From positions 2,720,001 through 2,784,000 of the forward strand of contig CAWKMU010000003.1 in the NCBI GenBank assembly GCA_963850905.1: DNA of 64,000 nucleotides. Direction: 5' to 3'. The translations under genes and the position numbers were made by a program. Under the pieces are notes generated by a model, which was not told the DNA's origin, ran no database searches, and saw only the letters and a program-made list of their open reading frames with translations. Position 1 is the stretch's first letter. Each line of letters opens with the position of its first letter. Source of the stretch: an uncultured Gemmatimonadales bacterium (GTDB lineage Bacteria > Gemmatimonadota > Gemmatimonadetes > Gemmatimonadales > Gemmatimonadaceae). Below are positions 36,835 through 47,899 of the stretch, piece by piece.

Positions 36835-39030
36835 TTACTCGGGCGCGGAAGCGCCCGGGTGGTACTCCCGTGCCGTGTGCCCAGTGAGTTGCGAGCGGTA
36901 GAAGTAGACGTCGCGTAGGTCACCGGTGCTGTAGCGCTTCGCCTGGTCATCGAAGTGGGGCGAAGAGGGCTGTCCGCTCTGACCGCCAGCGGTGACCGCC
37001 TTCGCCCGGACACTATCGCCGAATTCCACGACCGCGACGAAGCTGTTGCCAGCGGTGCCGTACATCTTCTTCGTGCCGGGGTAGCGACGCGCACCGAACG
37101 ACGCCAGCGACCCCCACACGGCCGATGTGAATTCCACCGGGATGCTCGGGGCGGAATCACTGAACGTCGGCACGATGTCATCGTTGAGGCGCTGGAAGCG
37201 GTTGATGTCGCCCCACGGGGTTCGCCACGAGCCGAAATCGTTCGTCAACGTGTCGGACGCGGCTGCCAACGCTTCGAGCCGCTCCACCGGCGTCGTTTTC
37301 GCGACCACGTAGTCGAACATCGACATGTGTGCCTGCCGAGCGCCCGCGGTCACGCGCTGCCCCATTTCCTGACCCCAGTAGACCGCCAACGCCGTCGGCA
37401 CCGACGTCGCCGACCAGCGATAGTCCCACCCGCGCAGCATCTTGATCTGCTCGGCCAGCTGCGCCTTCAGCGGGTTGCTGGACGGGGTGGAGTCGTACGC
37501 GTGCAGCAGCGACGGGATCATGCGCGCAAACGCGGGGAGGTAGCTGTCGTACGCGGTCGCCATGAGTGACGTGAGGGTAAAGTCCTTCTTCCCTTGCAGC
37601 ACGCGAACCGCATGGTATCCACGCTGGGACTCCTCGCGGCCGGTCTCCACGTAGGCTGGAAAGTCCGCCCGCTTGGGACTGCTCGGACCCGCCGCGGACC
37701 ACGGCCAATTGTTGCTGTTGTACAGCCAGCCGCTGGCCGGATTCAGGAGGTGCGGCGTCTCATCGACCGACAGGAGCCCATGCCACTCCGTCGCCGTGTC
37801 ACTGCCGTCGACCGGCTGAGTCCAATCGAACTTGGTACTCCGTCGCGGGATGAAGTTCGCGTGGAAATACGCAATGTCGCCGTCGGCATCCGCATAGATC
37901 GTATTGTTCGACGAGTTCGTGTGCAGCTCCATGGTCTGGCGAAATGCGGCGTAGTTCTTCGCCTTGGTGCGGGTGTACGACTGGATCAATGCTTTCACGG
38001 GTGCCTGCATCAAGCTGATGCTCATCCACTTGTCACCGGACTGCGCAATGATCGGGCCATGCTGCGTCCGATACACGGTGAATTCCTTGCTGGCCATGCC
38101 GGTGGCCGTCTTGTAGGGGATCGTGATGGTGCGACTGATCACGGGCCGATCTTCACCGCCGGAGCGGTAAAAGAACTGGTTGCCCTTCTTCACGACGGTT
38201 TCCAGGTAACGGTCGACGGCGTCGGCGCCACTCGACGTGTGCATCCAGCCAATGCGGTCGTTGAAGCCTTGATACACGAAGAACTGGCCCCACGTGACCG
38301 CGCCATAGGCGTCGAGCCCCTCGTCGCTCACCTCCTGTAGTTCGGCACGGAAGTAGAACGACGTGTGCGGATTGATCAGGAGCAAGGCGTGGTGATCCAC
38401 CGTGTTCGACGGTGCGATGGCGATGCCATTCGAGCCCGACGGCTCTGGCGGCAGTCCTACGCCGTCGGCTCGTGCCAGCCTCACCGGGCCATTGCCGTAG
38501 AACTCCTGCAGCTGGGCCAGGTCGATGCGCTCAATGTCGCCGCCAATGCTCCCTTCGCTGAAGGTGAGCGCCATCCACGGCTCGAAGTGCGTGATGACCC
38601 GTGGCCTGACCTCGGGATGTCGATACAGGTAGTAGTTCAGCCCATCGGCGTACGCGTTCATGAGCGCCTTGAGCCAATCGGGGCTGGTCGCATACAGCGC
38701 CTTCAGCGAGTCTGGATCGATGAAGAGCTTCATGCGCAGGTCGCGATAGATCGCTGACTCGCCCTCGGCCTCGGCCAACCGCCCCATGGCGTTGATGTAA
38801 TTCGTCTCGACGCGGTTGAAGTCGTCCTCGGCTTGCGCGTACTCCATCCCGAAGACTGCGTCGGCGTCGGTCTTGCCGTAGATGTGGGGGATGCCCCAAT
38901 CATCCCGAATGATCGTGACGCGTTGTGCCTCCTGCTGCCACCGCGCGATGTCCTTGCTGTCAGGCGCGGACGGCCGCGCAGCGGCGCACGCGGCCGCCGC
39001 GAGCACGAGTACAGGGGCGAGTCTGTTCAT
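36835..39030 (-). CDS. Penicillin acylase family Ntn-hydrolase (S45)
   Basis: IIRDDWGIPHIYG, AQAED, G-SNGIAIAP autocleavage site, LLINPH. Confidence 0.93.
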   Translation of the reverse strand: MNRLAPVLVLAAAACAAARPSAPDSKDIARWQQEAQRVTIIRDDWGIPHIYGKTDADAVFGMEYAQAEDDFNRVETNYINAMGRLAEAEGESAIYRDLRMKLFIDPDSLKALYATSPDWLKALMNAYADGLNYYLYRHPEVRPRVITHFEPWMALTFSEGSIGGDIERIDLAQLQEFYGNGPVRLARADGVGLPPEPSGSNGIAIAPSNTVDHHALLLINPHTSFYFRAELQEVSDEGLDAYGAVTWGQFFVYQGFNDRIGWMHTSSGADAVDRYLETVVKKGNQFFYRSGGEDRPVISRTITIPYKTATGMASKEFTVYRTQHGPIIAQSGDKWMSISLMQAPVKALIQSYTRTKAKNYAAFRQTMELHTNSSNNTIYADADGDIAYFHANFIPRRSTKFDWTQPVDGSDTATEWHGLLSVDETPHLLNPASGWLYNSNNWPWSAAGPSSPKRADFPAYVETGREESQRGYHAVRVLQGKKDFTLTSLMATAYDSYLPAFARMIPSLLHAYDSTPSSNPLKAQLAEQIKMLRGWDYRWSATSVPTALAVYWGQEMGQRVTAGARQAHMSMFDYVVAKTTPVERLEALAAASDTLTNDFGSWRTPWGDINRFQRLNDDIVPTFSDSAPSIPVEFTSAVWGSLASFGARRYPGTKKMYGTAGNSFVAVVEFGDSVRAKAVTAGGQSGQPSSPHFDDQAKRYSTGDLRDVYFYRSQLTGHTAREYHPGASAPE

Positions 39031-39041
39031 GCGGCTCCTCT

Positions 39042-39863
39042 CTAAGCGATTATCTCCGTCTGCACCAACTCTTTCTCGACCACCTGGCCGTTCACGAGGC
39101 TGACGTAGTATGCCTTGGCGTCGGGTCTCGTGTGCACGACACGTTTGACCTCGTTGTCCTCGAAGTAGATGCCCGCGTCGTTGTCACATGCGTAGCCCGG
39201 CTTCATCTCGCCCGAGGCGATCAGCTTCTTGTATAGCGGACGGCGTTGCGGCTCGTGATCGTAGTGGGGACAGTGGCTGCCTTTGATGAAACCGAGACAC
39301 TTGACGATCGACAACTCCTTCGGCCTGGAGTCGGTGGTTCCCTCATCAAACCAGCACAGCGAGCCCGCGCTGGCACCGCCGAGCACGATCCCGCGGTCCC
39401 ACGCTTCTCGAAGGACCGTATCGATGCCCTGTGCCTTCCAAATCGCCTGCTGGTTCAGGGTGTTGCCACCCGAGGCGACGATGCCATCCATCGACAGCAG
39501 GACTTCGTCCCATCCCTGTGTCTGCCGATAGCTGCTGATGAAGCTCTCCTGTACGAACGGCTCGACATCGACGGGCCCACAGTCCCGAAAGAAGGCAATG
39601 CTGCCCTCCGGCCGATCGGCCGACGCCGTGGGCAAGTAACAGATCCGAGGCCGTTGCTTCCCGGTGAGCGTCGCCATGTAGCGGATGAAGGGCGTGTTGA
39701 ATCCGCCGCCGGCAATGAGCACCTTGCGAGTGCCGGCGGCCACGCGCGGCGTCTTCACCAGTTCGGCCAGCGCCGACCGACTGAGCCCCACGGTTCCCAG
39801 CGCCGAGGTCGCGAGCCCGGCGGAGCCCAGCGCGGATGAGACGAGGAACTCTCTTCGCTTCAT
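39042..39863 (-). CDS. Peptidase S51 (dipeptidase E-like) with Tat signal
   Basis: MKRREFL Tat motif, YLPTASAD, GGNTLN, GASAGS nucleophile, CPHYD. Confidence 0.9.
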   Translation of the reverse strand: MKRREFLVSSALGSAGLATSALGTVGLSRSALAELVKTPRVAAGTRKVLIAGGGFNTPFIRYMATLTGKQRPRICYLPTASADRPEGSIAFFRDCGPVDVEPFVQESFISSYRQTQGWDEVLLSMDGIVASGGNTLNQQAIWKAQGIDTVLREAWDRGIVLGGASAGSLCWFDEGTTDSRPKELSIVKCLGFIKGSHCPHYDHEPQRRPLYKKLIASGEMKPGYACDNDAGIYFEDNEVKRVVHTRPDAKAYYVSLVNGQVVEKELVQTEIIA

Positions 39864-40043
39864 GGTGATCGGCTCTCCTAGTTGTAGGTGTCGGACCGGT
39901 CGTGCACGAGTGACGACGAGGCTACCGGACAGGCGCTTCTGTTCGCCGGTATGTGGGCGCAAAAGTACCCCGCAAGTCGGAGCATTTCAAAGGGAGGGAG
40001 GCGATGTGAGAACGGAGGGAAAAAAGCGGGGTGAGCGCCGTTC

Positions 40044-43000
40044 TCAGACCGCCAGGTAGTCTCCCGGTCGGGCGACCATCTCGTAGAGGACGGGCATGAG
40101 GAAGATACTGATCAAGAGTCGCGAGAAGAGGCCGCCGACGATGACCAGCGCAAACGGGCGCTGGGTGTCCGTACCGACGCCGGTCGCAAGGGCCGCTGGC
40201 AGCAAGCCCAGAGCAGCGACGAGTGCCGTCATCGCGATGGGACGCAGCCGGAGACGCGCCGCCTGCCGTGCCGCCTCAGTGATGGAGATGCCGGCCAGGC
40301 GAAGCTCATTGGCGTAGGAGATGTAGACGACCGCTGTCTGCACCGAGACGCCGAACAGGGCGAGAAAGCCGATCGCCGACGAGACCGACACCGGGGTGTG
40401 CGTGATTGCGAGCGCGACGACGCCTCCGATGGGGTCGGACAGCACGACGCCGAGCAGCGTGATGAGCGGGAATTTGAAGTTGCGATACAGGGCAAACAGG
40501 ACGGCCAGGATGAGCGCGAGCGTGACTGGCAGCACGATCCGGAGCTCCGCTCGCGACGCCGTGTACTCCTGGTATTCGCCTCCCCACACCACGCGATAGC
40601 CCTGCGGGAGCTTGACTTCGCGGGCGACGGCTGCTTGCGCTTCCTGCACAGCGCTCGCCAGGTCGCGGCCCTCCACCGAATACTGGATGCCGATGTAGCG
40701 CGAGTTGTCCTGTCGATAGATGAAAGCGGCGCCCTGCGAGATCCTGATGGTGGCCAGATCGCGGATCGGGATCTGCTGCCCGGCGGGGGTCGCGACGAGA
40801 ATGTTGCCGATCGCCTGCGGCGTCTCGCGGTATTGCGGTTGTAGGCGAACGACGAGATCGAACAGCTTTTCCCCTTGAACCACTTGCGTGGCGGCCTGAC
40901 CGCCGACCGCCGCCTCGATGAGCGCGTTGACGTCAGCGACATTGATCCCATACCGCGCGATCTTGTCGCGATCGATGTCGACGGTCAGCGAGGGCTGGCC
41001 GAGCTCCTGAACCAGCGTCGTGTGCGTGATCCCGCGTACGCGCTCCATGACGTGCTTGATCAACTTGCCGCGCTCTTCGAGAACCGCGAGATCTGATCCG
41101 AAGACCTTCACATCGAGCGAGCTCTTGAGCCCGGTCTCGGCCTCATCGACGGCATCTTCCGCAGGTTGCGTATAGTTGAAGGTGATGCCGGGAAAGACCT
41201 GCAGCTTTCGATTGACGGCGTCGATGAACTCGTTCTTGTTGCGATACGGGCCGGTCCACTCGTTGTACGGCTTGAGACCGACGTAGAACTCTGCGTTGAA
41301 GAAGCCCGTCGGATCGGTGCCATCGTCGGGACGTCCATGCTCGTCGGCGACGACCGTGACCTCCGGGAACGAATGGAGCACCGCGCGGATCTGCGGCACG
41401 ATGTGCGACGACTCGTCAAACGAGATGGTGTACGGCATGGTGGCCCGAACCCACAACGCGCCTTCGTCGAGCTTGGGCATGAATTCCGCGCCGAGCGAAA
41501 ACCAGAGCGGGATCGTCAGGAGCAGAATCCCGACCGATATCGCCAGCGTCGTCCGTGGACGCTCCAGGCACCAGTGCAACAACCGCATGTAGTGGTCGCG
41601 AATCCACTCGAATGTGGGGTTGCGGCGGTCACGCACGCCCTTACGGAGCACGAAGAGGCACAGAATCGGGAGCGTCGTGAGCGCCACGAGCAGGGCGCCG
41701 ATCAACGCGTAGATCATGGTGTCGGCCATCGGCTTGAAGAGCCGACCCGACGGACCCGACAAGACGTAGATCGGCAAGAACCCCGTGACGATCACGGCGA
41801 CGGCGTACACGATCGGACGGTCGACCTGGGCGGCCGCTCCCGCGATCACATCGCGGGTCGAGTACGTCGTTCCGTGGCGGATCGCCAGCTGCCGATGGAT
41901 GTTCTCGACCATGACGACGGATGCGTCGACCAGGATCCCGAAATCGATCGCGCCTATGGACAGCAGGTTCGCCGGAATGTGCCGAAGATCGAGACAGATG
42001 AAAGCGAACAGCAGCGACAGCGGGATCGTCGTCGCGACGATCAGGCCCGACCGCACGTCGTACAGGAAGAACACGAGCACCACCACGACGAGCACGATAC
42101 CGCGCAGCAGGTTGCCTGCGACCGTGCGTGTCGTGAGCCGAATGAGCTCGCTCCGGTCGTAGAACGGCTCGATGTGAACGTCCTTGGGAAGCGTACGGTT
42201 CAGGAAATCCGTCGCCGTTTCGACGCGCTTGAGCACGGTCTGCGCTTGTTCCCCGGTGCGCATGAGAATCACACCTTCAACCGCGTCATTGGCGCTGTCG
42301 TAGCCGAACTGCCCCAGACGCGGTGCCTGGCCGATGACGACCTGGCCGATGTCCTTCACCAACACGGGCGTGCCGTTCTTCACGGCGACGACGATGTTGC
42401 CGATGTCCTGCGGCGTGGCGACGCGCCCCAGGCCGCGCACGTAGTAGAACTGTCCGCCTTCGGAGTAGAACCCGCCGCCCGCATTGTCGTTGTTGGCACC
42501 CAAAGACGCGGCGACCATTGGCACGGTGAGTCCCGCGCCAGCCAGCTTGATCGGATCGATCAGCACCTGGTACTGCATCGTCGGACCGCCCAGCGGGGAC
42601 AGGTCCGCGACGCCCGGGACCGCTCGGTACACCTTGGAGATGTCCCAATCATCGATGGTCTTCAGGTCCATGGGACTGCGATCGGGACTCTGTAAGACGT
42701 ACCGATAGACAAGGCCGGAGGGCGACGACAGCGGCGCGATGCTCGGTGTGACGCCATTCGGCAGCGTGATGTCGTTCAAGCGCTGGAACGCCTGCTCTCT
42801 CGCGAAGTACGGGTCGACGTTGTCCTGAAACGTCATGATCACGTCGGAGAGCCCGTACAGCGAAATGGACCGGACCACCCGCAGCTGCGGGATCCCGTAC
42901 ATCCCGATCTCGACCGGGACGGTGATGAGTCGCTCGACCTCCTCGGTCGCCCGACCTGGCCACTGCGTGATCACCTCGACCATCGGCGGCGAAAGGTCGG

Positions 43001-43226
43001 GATAGGCGTCGACCGGCAGCCGCGTCAGCGACCAGATGCCGAGTCCGACCATCGTCGCGACGAGGAGCGTGACCAGCAGGGGCTGACCGAGCGCGCCTCG
43101 AACCAACCGATTGATGATGCTGACAGGGGCGCCGACCGCAGGTTCGACCAGCGATTCACCTGCTTCGAACGACGATCCGGGATCCTCGAGCCTGGGGGGA
43201 TGGCGCGACGGCGGTTGCGTCATCAC
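40044..43226 (-). CDS. CusA/CzcA-family heavy-metal efflux RND permease
   Basis: DAYPDLSP, EEVERLIT, GAIDFGILVDASVVMVEN, RLRPIAMTALVAALG, QRPFALVIVGG. Confidence 0.95.
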   Translation of the reverse strand: MMTQPPSRHPPRLEDPGSSFEAGESLVEPAVGAPVSIINRLVRGALGQPLLVTLLVATMVGLGIWSLTRLPVDAYPDLSPPMVEVITQWPGRATEEVERLITVPVEIGMYGIPQLRVVRSISLYGLSDVIMTFQDNVDPYFAREQAFQRLNDITLPNGVTPSIAPLSSPSGLVYRYVLQSPDRSPMDLKTIDDWDISKVYRAVPGVADLSPLGGPTMQYQVLIDPIKLAGAGLTVPMVAASLGANNDNAGGGFYSEGGQFYYVRGLGRVATPQDIGNIVVAVKNGTPVLVKDIGQVVIGQAPRLGQFGYDSANDAVEGVILMRTGEQAQTVLKRVETATDFLNRTLPKDVHIEPFYDRSELIRLTTRTVAGNLLRGIVLVVVVLVFFLYDVRSGLIVATTIPLSLLFAFICLDLRHIPANLLSIGAIDFGILVDASVVMVENIHRQLAIRHGTTYSTRDVIAGAAAQVDRPIVYAVAVIVTGFLPIYVLSGPSGRLFKPMADTMIYALIGALLVALTTLPILCLFVLRKGVRDRRNPTFEWIRDHYMRLLHWCLERPRTTLAISVGILLLTIPLWFSLGAEFMPKLDEGALWVRATMPYTISFDESSHIVPQIRAVLHSFPEVTVVADEHGRPDDGTDPTGFFNAEFYVGLKPYNEWTGPYRNKNEFIDAVNRKLQVFPGITFNYTQPAEDAVDEAETGLKSSLDVKVFGSDLAVLEERGKLIKHVMERVRGITHTTLVQELGQPSLTVDIDRDKIARYGINVADVNALIEAAVGGQAATQVVQGEKLFDLVVRLQPQYRETPQAIGNILVATPAGQQIPIRDLATIRISQGAAFIYRQDNSRYIGIQYSVEGRDLASAVQEAQAAVAREVKLPQGYRVVWGGEYQEYTASRAELRIVLPVTLALILAVLFALYRNFKFPLITLLGVVLSDPIGGVVALAITHTPVSVSSAIGFLALFGVSVQTAVVYISYANELRLAGISITEAARQAARLRLRPIAMTALVAALGLLPAALATGVGTDTQRPFALVIVGGLFSRLLISIFLMPVLYEMVARPGDYLAV

Positions 43227-44458
43227 TGGCTTTCGGCGAACTGGATGAAGAGACCGCCTTCCGACACGACGCGGTCACCAGCCGCGAGCCCCTGCGTAAC
43301 TTCGTATTCGTCGCCAACGCGCGAGCCAAGCGTGATGGATCGACGGTCGTATCCTCCATCCGCTTGGGCGAGGAAGACGAAGGGAAGGTCTTCCTCGTCG
43401 CGTAAGACCGAGGAGACCGGCGCAAGGATGCCCTGCCGCGGCTTTGCTGCCTCGATGGCGACACGCACGTACATGTCGCGCTTGAGGAGCTCGTGCTTGT
43501 TCTGCACGACGACGCGGACGGACGTTGCGCGCGTCGCCGTATCCACGATCGCCGCCACGTAGTCCACTCGCCCACGCAGCGTGTCCGGCCACGCGTCGGT
43601 CGTGATCCACGCCGGCTCGCCCCGCGAGACGTCGGCGAGGTTCGATTCGAACACGTTGGCCATGACCCACATGCTCGAGAGGTCGGCGATCGTAAATGCC
43701 TGCGTCTGCCCGGCCTGCACGACCTCGCCGGGGTTGATGAGCTTCTCCACCACGACTCCGGCTATGGGCGCACGGATGACGCCAGGCGCGGGCGGCGACG
43801 GCCGCCCTTCGCGGATCGCGTCGATCGTCGACGAGTCCACCCCAAAAGCCACCATTTGCTCGATCGCCGCCTCGCGATCGGCCCAGGCCGACGCGGAGTC
43901 GGATCGTGCCTGATCCAGGTCGCTGCGCGCGATCGCATCGTTCTTGAAGAGCTGCTCGTCGAGCAGCGCGATGCGCGTGGTGTTGCGGAGCGCGGTTTGC
44001 GCCTTCTGAAACGCCGCCATCGCCTGGGCAAAGTCAGGCGACGTCACGCGGGCCAGAGCTGTCCCTGGCTGCACACGCGTGCCCGTCGTGACCAGGATCT
44101 GCGCGACGGGACCGGAGATCTGTGTCAGCACCGGCGTCGACCGGTCGCCGTCAAACGCGGCGGTCCCCGTCGTGATGATGGTGGGCCGGTAGGTTGACGG
44201 CGTGATCGTGACGGTGTGAATGCGCGCGCGCTGTTCCTCGGTCAGGAAAAAAGCGGAGTGCGCCGGTGTCGCTGAGGGCGAGCTGGCCGCGCTACCCCCC
44301 GCGGCGTCGCCCCCCTGCGTCGTCGCCGCCGACCGCGAGCAGGCTCCGGCGGCTACGGTCGTCCCTAGTAACGCCAGTGCACACCGGCGCCACATACCCG
44401 CGCGGCCTGCTGTGGATGTGTCGTGTCGTCTTCGTAAACTGGCAGCCCTAGTGGGCAT
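43223..44458 (-). CDS. RND periplasmic adaptor (CzcB/CusB-like)
   Basis: IRAPIAGVVVE, IADLSSMWVMANVFE, VDTATRA, GLAAGDRVV. Confidence 0.92.
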   Translation of the reverse strand: MPTRAASLRRRHDTSTAGRAGMWRRCALALLGTTVAAGACSRSAATTQGGDAAGGSAASSPSATPAHSAFFLTEEQRARIHTVTITPSTYRPTIITTGTAAFDGDRSTPVLTQISGPVAQILVTTGTRVQPGTALARVTSPDFAQAMAAFQKAQTALRNTTRIALLDEQLFKNDAIARSDLDQARSDSASAWADREAAIEQMVAFGVDSSTIDAIREGRPSPPAPGVIRAPIAGVVVEKLINPGEVVQAGQTQAFTIADLSSMWVMANVFESNLADVSRGEPAWITTDAWPDTLRGRVDYVAAIVDTATRATSVRVVVQNKHELLKRDMYVRVAIEAAKPRQGILAPVSSVLRDEEDLPFVFLAQADGGYDRRSITLGSRVGDEYEVTQGLAAGDRVVSEGGLFIQFAESQ

Positions 44459-45905
44459 TGTTGGCTCCCGATCGGAAGTCTGACAACGGCGCCGCCGCCG
44501 CACGCGCCAGGTCGGCCTGCGCGGCGTTCGCGGCGGCCAATGCATCGGTATACTGGCTCTCGGCCGATACGAGATCCGTGCGCGCCTGGATCACGTCGAG
44601 CGCGGACGATCCGCCAATCGCATAACTGGCGGCCGCGATCCGGTACTCCTCCCGCGCCCCCGGCACGACCTGGTCGCGCAGGTAGAGCAGCTGCTGGAGG
44701 GTCGTCGCGGCCGTCGCGTAGCTGACACGAACATCCTGATCGACCTCCGCGCGCAAGTCTCGGTACGACGCGGCCAGCTCGGCCTCGTGATGCCGCGCCT
44801 GGGCGAGATCACCCGATGTGTGCTGGAAGAAGAACACAGGCAACGGCACACTCAAGCCGTACTGCCAATAAACGTTCTGGTTCGGGATGTACGCGTCCGG
44901 TGCACCAAAATCTTTGCTGATGGCGAAAAACAGGTCCGGGATCCAGTACTCGGCCGCGAGCACCGTCGACGCATGCGCCCCCGACTGCTGCGCCTGCAGA
45001 CCGGCGAGCTCGGGACGATTGGCGAGTGCATGCGCCTCCAACGGCGCGAGGTCGGGGAGCGCCGGCGGCACGCCCAGAGTGTCGGCCGGCATGAGCGGAG
45101 TGGGCAACGCCCGCCCGAGCAGGCGATTGAGGGACGCGCGGGCATTCGCGATCGCGAGGCCATTCGCGAGGAGCGAGTTGCCAGCCTGGCCGACGGCCAC
45201 CTGTGCACGCACGACATCGAGCTTCGCCGCGGTGCCGGCCGCATACCGTGCCTGAGTCTTGGTCAGGAAGTCCGCCGCTAGCCCGTAGCTATCGGTCAGG
45301 TCTGTGCGGTGTCGCAAAGCTACGCGCATCGAGTCGTACGTTTGCGCCGTCTGTGATTCGATTTGTTGTCTGAGCGCCTTGTAGGCGTACTCGGCGCTTC
45401 GAACCCCGGCCGTTCCGATATTGTATTGAAGCCGAAACTTGTCCGGGAATGGGACGGTCAAGGAGGCCGAGAGCGGTTTGTACGCCGGAGCACCGGCTTG
45501 GGTCGTGATCGACGCCGAACCGATTGGGTCCGGAATGGCGACATCCTGCACTCGCTGGGCGCGGGCTTCCGCCGTCTGCTGGCGAGCGACCTCCAGTTGT
45601 GGATTGTGCGCCAGCGCCTCGGCAACCGCTTGCTCCCTCGTCAACCGTACGGTGTCTCGCGCGACGGTGTCCATTTGCCGGACACCAGCCATCGCCTCGC
45701 GTGCGGCGCGGTCGGGACTGAGTTCTCGCACCATGTTGGAGGTGTCGGCCAGGTTGGGCAGCAGGGGGTAACGGAGTCCGAGCCCAGTCCGGGTTGAATC
45801 GCGGTGCGCGCCAGTATCGGCCGCTTGGCCGGGTGTCGTGGGCTGCTGGCCACGGGCCGCTGATGGGACAACAGCCAGTGCGCACCACACAACGTAGAGC
45901 CGCAT
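44448..45905 (-). CDS. TolC-family outer-membrane efflux protein (CzcC-like)
   Basis: Signal peptide, ALAHNPQL, ARYAAG...LDV repeats. First gene of the CBA operon. Confidence 0.9.
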   Translation of the reverse strand: MRLYVVWCALAVVPSAARGQQPTTPGQAADTGAHRDSTRTGLGLRYPLLPNLADTSNMVRELSPDRAAREAMAGVRQMDTVARDTVRLTREQAVAEALAHNPQLEVARQQTAEARAQRVQDVAIPDPIGSASITTQAGAPAYKPLSASLTVPFPDKFRLQYNIGTAGVRSAEYAYKALRQQIESQTAQTYDSMRVALRHRTDLTDSYGLAADFLTKTQARYAAGTAAKLDVVRAQVAVGQAGNSLLANGLAIANARASLNRLLGRALPTPLMPADTLGVPPALPDLAPLEAHALANRPELAGLQAQQSGAHASTVLAAEYWIPDLFFAISKDFGAPDAYIPNQNVYWQYGLSVPLPVFFFQHTSGDLAQARHHEAELAASYRDLRAEVDQDVRVSYATAATTLQQLLYLRDQVVPGAREEYRIAAASYAIGGSSALDVIQARTDLVSAESQYTDALAAANAAQADLARAAAAPLSDFRSGANNAH

Positions 45906-46288
45906 GATCCCGGTGTGGAGGGAGAAGGGACGACCGTGGCGCACGCCCGCTCGCGCGGGCGACGCGAAAATATGGCCCCCGCCGCCTACAAAGAGCGACA
46001 GATACCTGACTTTGGAGCTGGGCCGGCCGGCCCCCGGATCGAGGGCGACGGGCGCGCCGCTAGACGGGCGCGGCAAACCGGGGCGGTCGATGGCAGGCAC
46101 GCACAACGCTCTATACGCACCAGACCGGGCAGACGCTTGGACATCCCTCGTATATATCTCTAAAGGGGGAACGGGTCATGCGTGCCAGCATCCGACAGAT
46201 CATAGATCCTTGCACCGCCGCCCGACAGGCGCGTCGGTGGCACGTTCGCGCGATATCCGTGCTCCGTCCGCGCCAATGCCACCGGTCA

Positions 46289-46717
46289 GTGGCTCTCGAC
46301 TCTCCCTGGTCCACGCCGCCGTCAACCCATGCGAGCCCGCGGAGATCCCGCGCCCTCCTGCTGGGCTTCGCCGTGTGCGCATCACTGTCGGTTATCAGTT
46401 GCAACACCAAGGCCCTCGACAGCAGCCCGTGCGGCAGCGTCGACTCGGTGACCGAGCTGCAACCGCTGATCCTGTCGGTGAGCGGCAGTTTCCCCGACAC
46501 GACCGCGACACAGCTCGTTCTCGTTATCACGCCCCCATCCGGCACGGCCCGACAGTTCTTGTCGTCCTCGCTCACGACGACGACCGCGATCATCCCCTTG
46601 ACCGCAACCCCGCAGCTCGCATCGGGTACGTACCCCGCGCAATGGATGATGAACGGGTGTGTGACTCCACACCAGACACAGATCCTCGGCCCGGGTAGCG
46701 TCACGATCACCAACTAA
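46289..46717 (+). CDS. Hypothetical lipoprotein
   Basis: RRSRALLLGFAVCASLSVISC lipobox-like segment and a Thr-rich beta domain. Start uncertain (ORF from 46178). Confidence 0.6.
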   Translation: MALDSPWSTPPSTHASPRRSRALLLGFAVCASLSVISCNTKALDSSPCGSVDSVTELQPLILSVSGSFPDTTATQLVLVITPPSGTARQFLSSSLTTTTAIIPLTATPQLASGTYPAQWMMNGCVTPHQTQILGPGSVTITN

Positions 46718-46875
46718 CCGCGGCGCGGGGCATGCCCGAAAAGAGGGAGAGCTAAGAGGAATCAAGACGTACCATACCCGGCGAACTGCGGATGGTGCCC
46801 GGGTCTCTCTCTTGTTCCCGATCTCAATTCGGTCGTCTCGGGCGCGAGGCGCCCGAACGTGTTAGAGTCTACGCC

Positions 46876-47889
46876 ATGAATCTGCGGCCAGGTGGCCGGT
46901 GGACGAGTCCGAGCCGGATACTCCGCCAGGGCGCCCAAGCACTCCGAGTACTCATCTGGATGGTCGCGGCGATCACGGCCTGCGGCGACCACCGCGACGC
47001 GAGCGTGCCCGCGGCTGCGACGCCCGAGTCGGGGGGCCCGGCCAGCAGCGGCAAGCGGATCGGCGTGACCCTGCTGACCAAGGAGCAGGAGTTCTACCGG
47101 CAGCTCGAGGGTGGCCTTCGACGCGAGGCTGCGGCCAATGGGTATCAGCTGCTGGTAACCTCCGGCGACTTCGATCTCGCCCGGCAGCAGGCCGAGATCG
47201 ACAACTTCATTGTCCAGCGGGTCGACGCGATTGTGGTCTGTCCGGTGGACTCAAAAGGGATCGGGCCGGCGATCGAACGCGCCAAGGCAGCCGGGATTCC
47301 CGTGTTCACGGCGGATATCCGCGCCTACGGCGTGTCGGTGGTGGCACACGTCGCCTCCGACAACCGCGAGGGGGGCCGCGAGGCTGCAGCATTCATGGCG
47401 CAGGCGATCGGTCAACGCGGCACCGTTGGCATCATCGGCCAGGCCGAAACCGAGACGGGCTATGAGCGAGCGCACGCGTTCACCGACGCCATGGCATCCT
47501 ATCCCAATATCCACGTGGTCGGAGAGCTCAACGGTGGGGGTGTACGCGATCGCGCCCTCAAAGTCGCCGAAGACATGCTCCAGGCGCATCCCAACCTCAC
47601 GGGCATCTTCGCGATCAACGATGAGATGGCGCTCGGCGCACTGTCGGCGGCCCAGGCGCGCGGCAAGACACCCGATGACTTCACTATCGTGGGTTACGAT
47701 GCCGACCCCGAGGCGGTCACCGCGATCCGCGGACATACGCCGCTCAAGGCGGACATCGTGCAGCATCCCGATCGCATCGGCGTGGGGACCATCGACGCGA
47801 TTTCGCGTTACTTCGCCCACCAGGCAGTCGATTCCCTGATCACGATCCCGGTCGTGACCTTCGACGGACGTTCGGAGCCGACCAGCTGA
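46876..47889 (+). CDS. Sugar ABC transporter substrate-binding protein (RbsB-like)
   Basis: AGIPVFTAD, VASDNREGG, IFAINDEMALGA, IVGYD. Confidence 0.92.
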   Translation: MNLRPGGRWTSPSRILRQGAQALRVLIWMVAAITACGDHRDASVPAAATPESGGPASSGKRIGVTLLTKEQEFYRQLEGGLRREAAANGYQLLVTSGDFDLARQQAEIDNFIVQRVDAIVVCPVDSKGIGPAIERAKAAGIPVFTADIRAYGVSVVAHVASDNREGGREAAAFMAQAIGQRGTVGIIGQAETETGYERAHAFTDAMASYPNIHVVGELNGGGVRDRALKVAEDMLQAHPNLTGIFAINDEMALGALSAAQARGKTPDDFTIVGYDADPEAVTAIRGHTPLKADIVQHPDRIGVGTIDAISRYFAHQAVDSLITIPVVTFDGRSEPTS

Positions 47890-47899
47890 AGGTGCCGCT

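Noticed and set aside
46144..46170. AT-rich patch TCCCTCGTATATATCTCTAAAGGGGGA upstream of the RND operon as a metal-repressor operator
   Set aside because: Only weakly palindromic and no cognate regulator is nearby. It may be a plain promoter.
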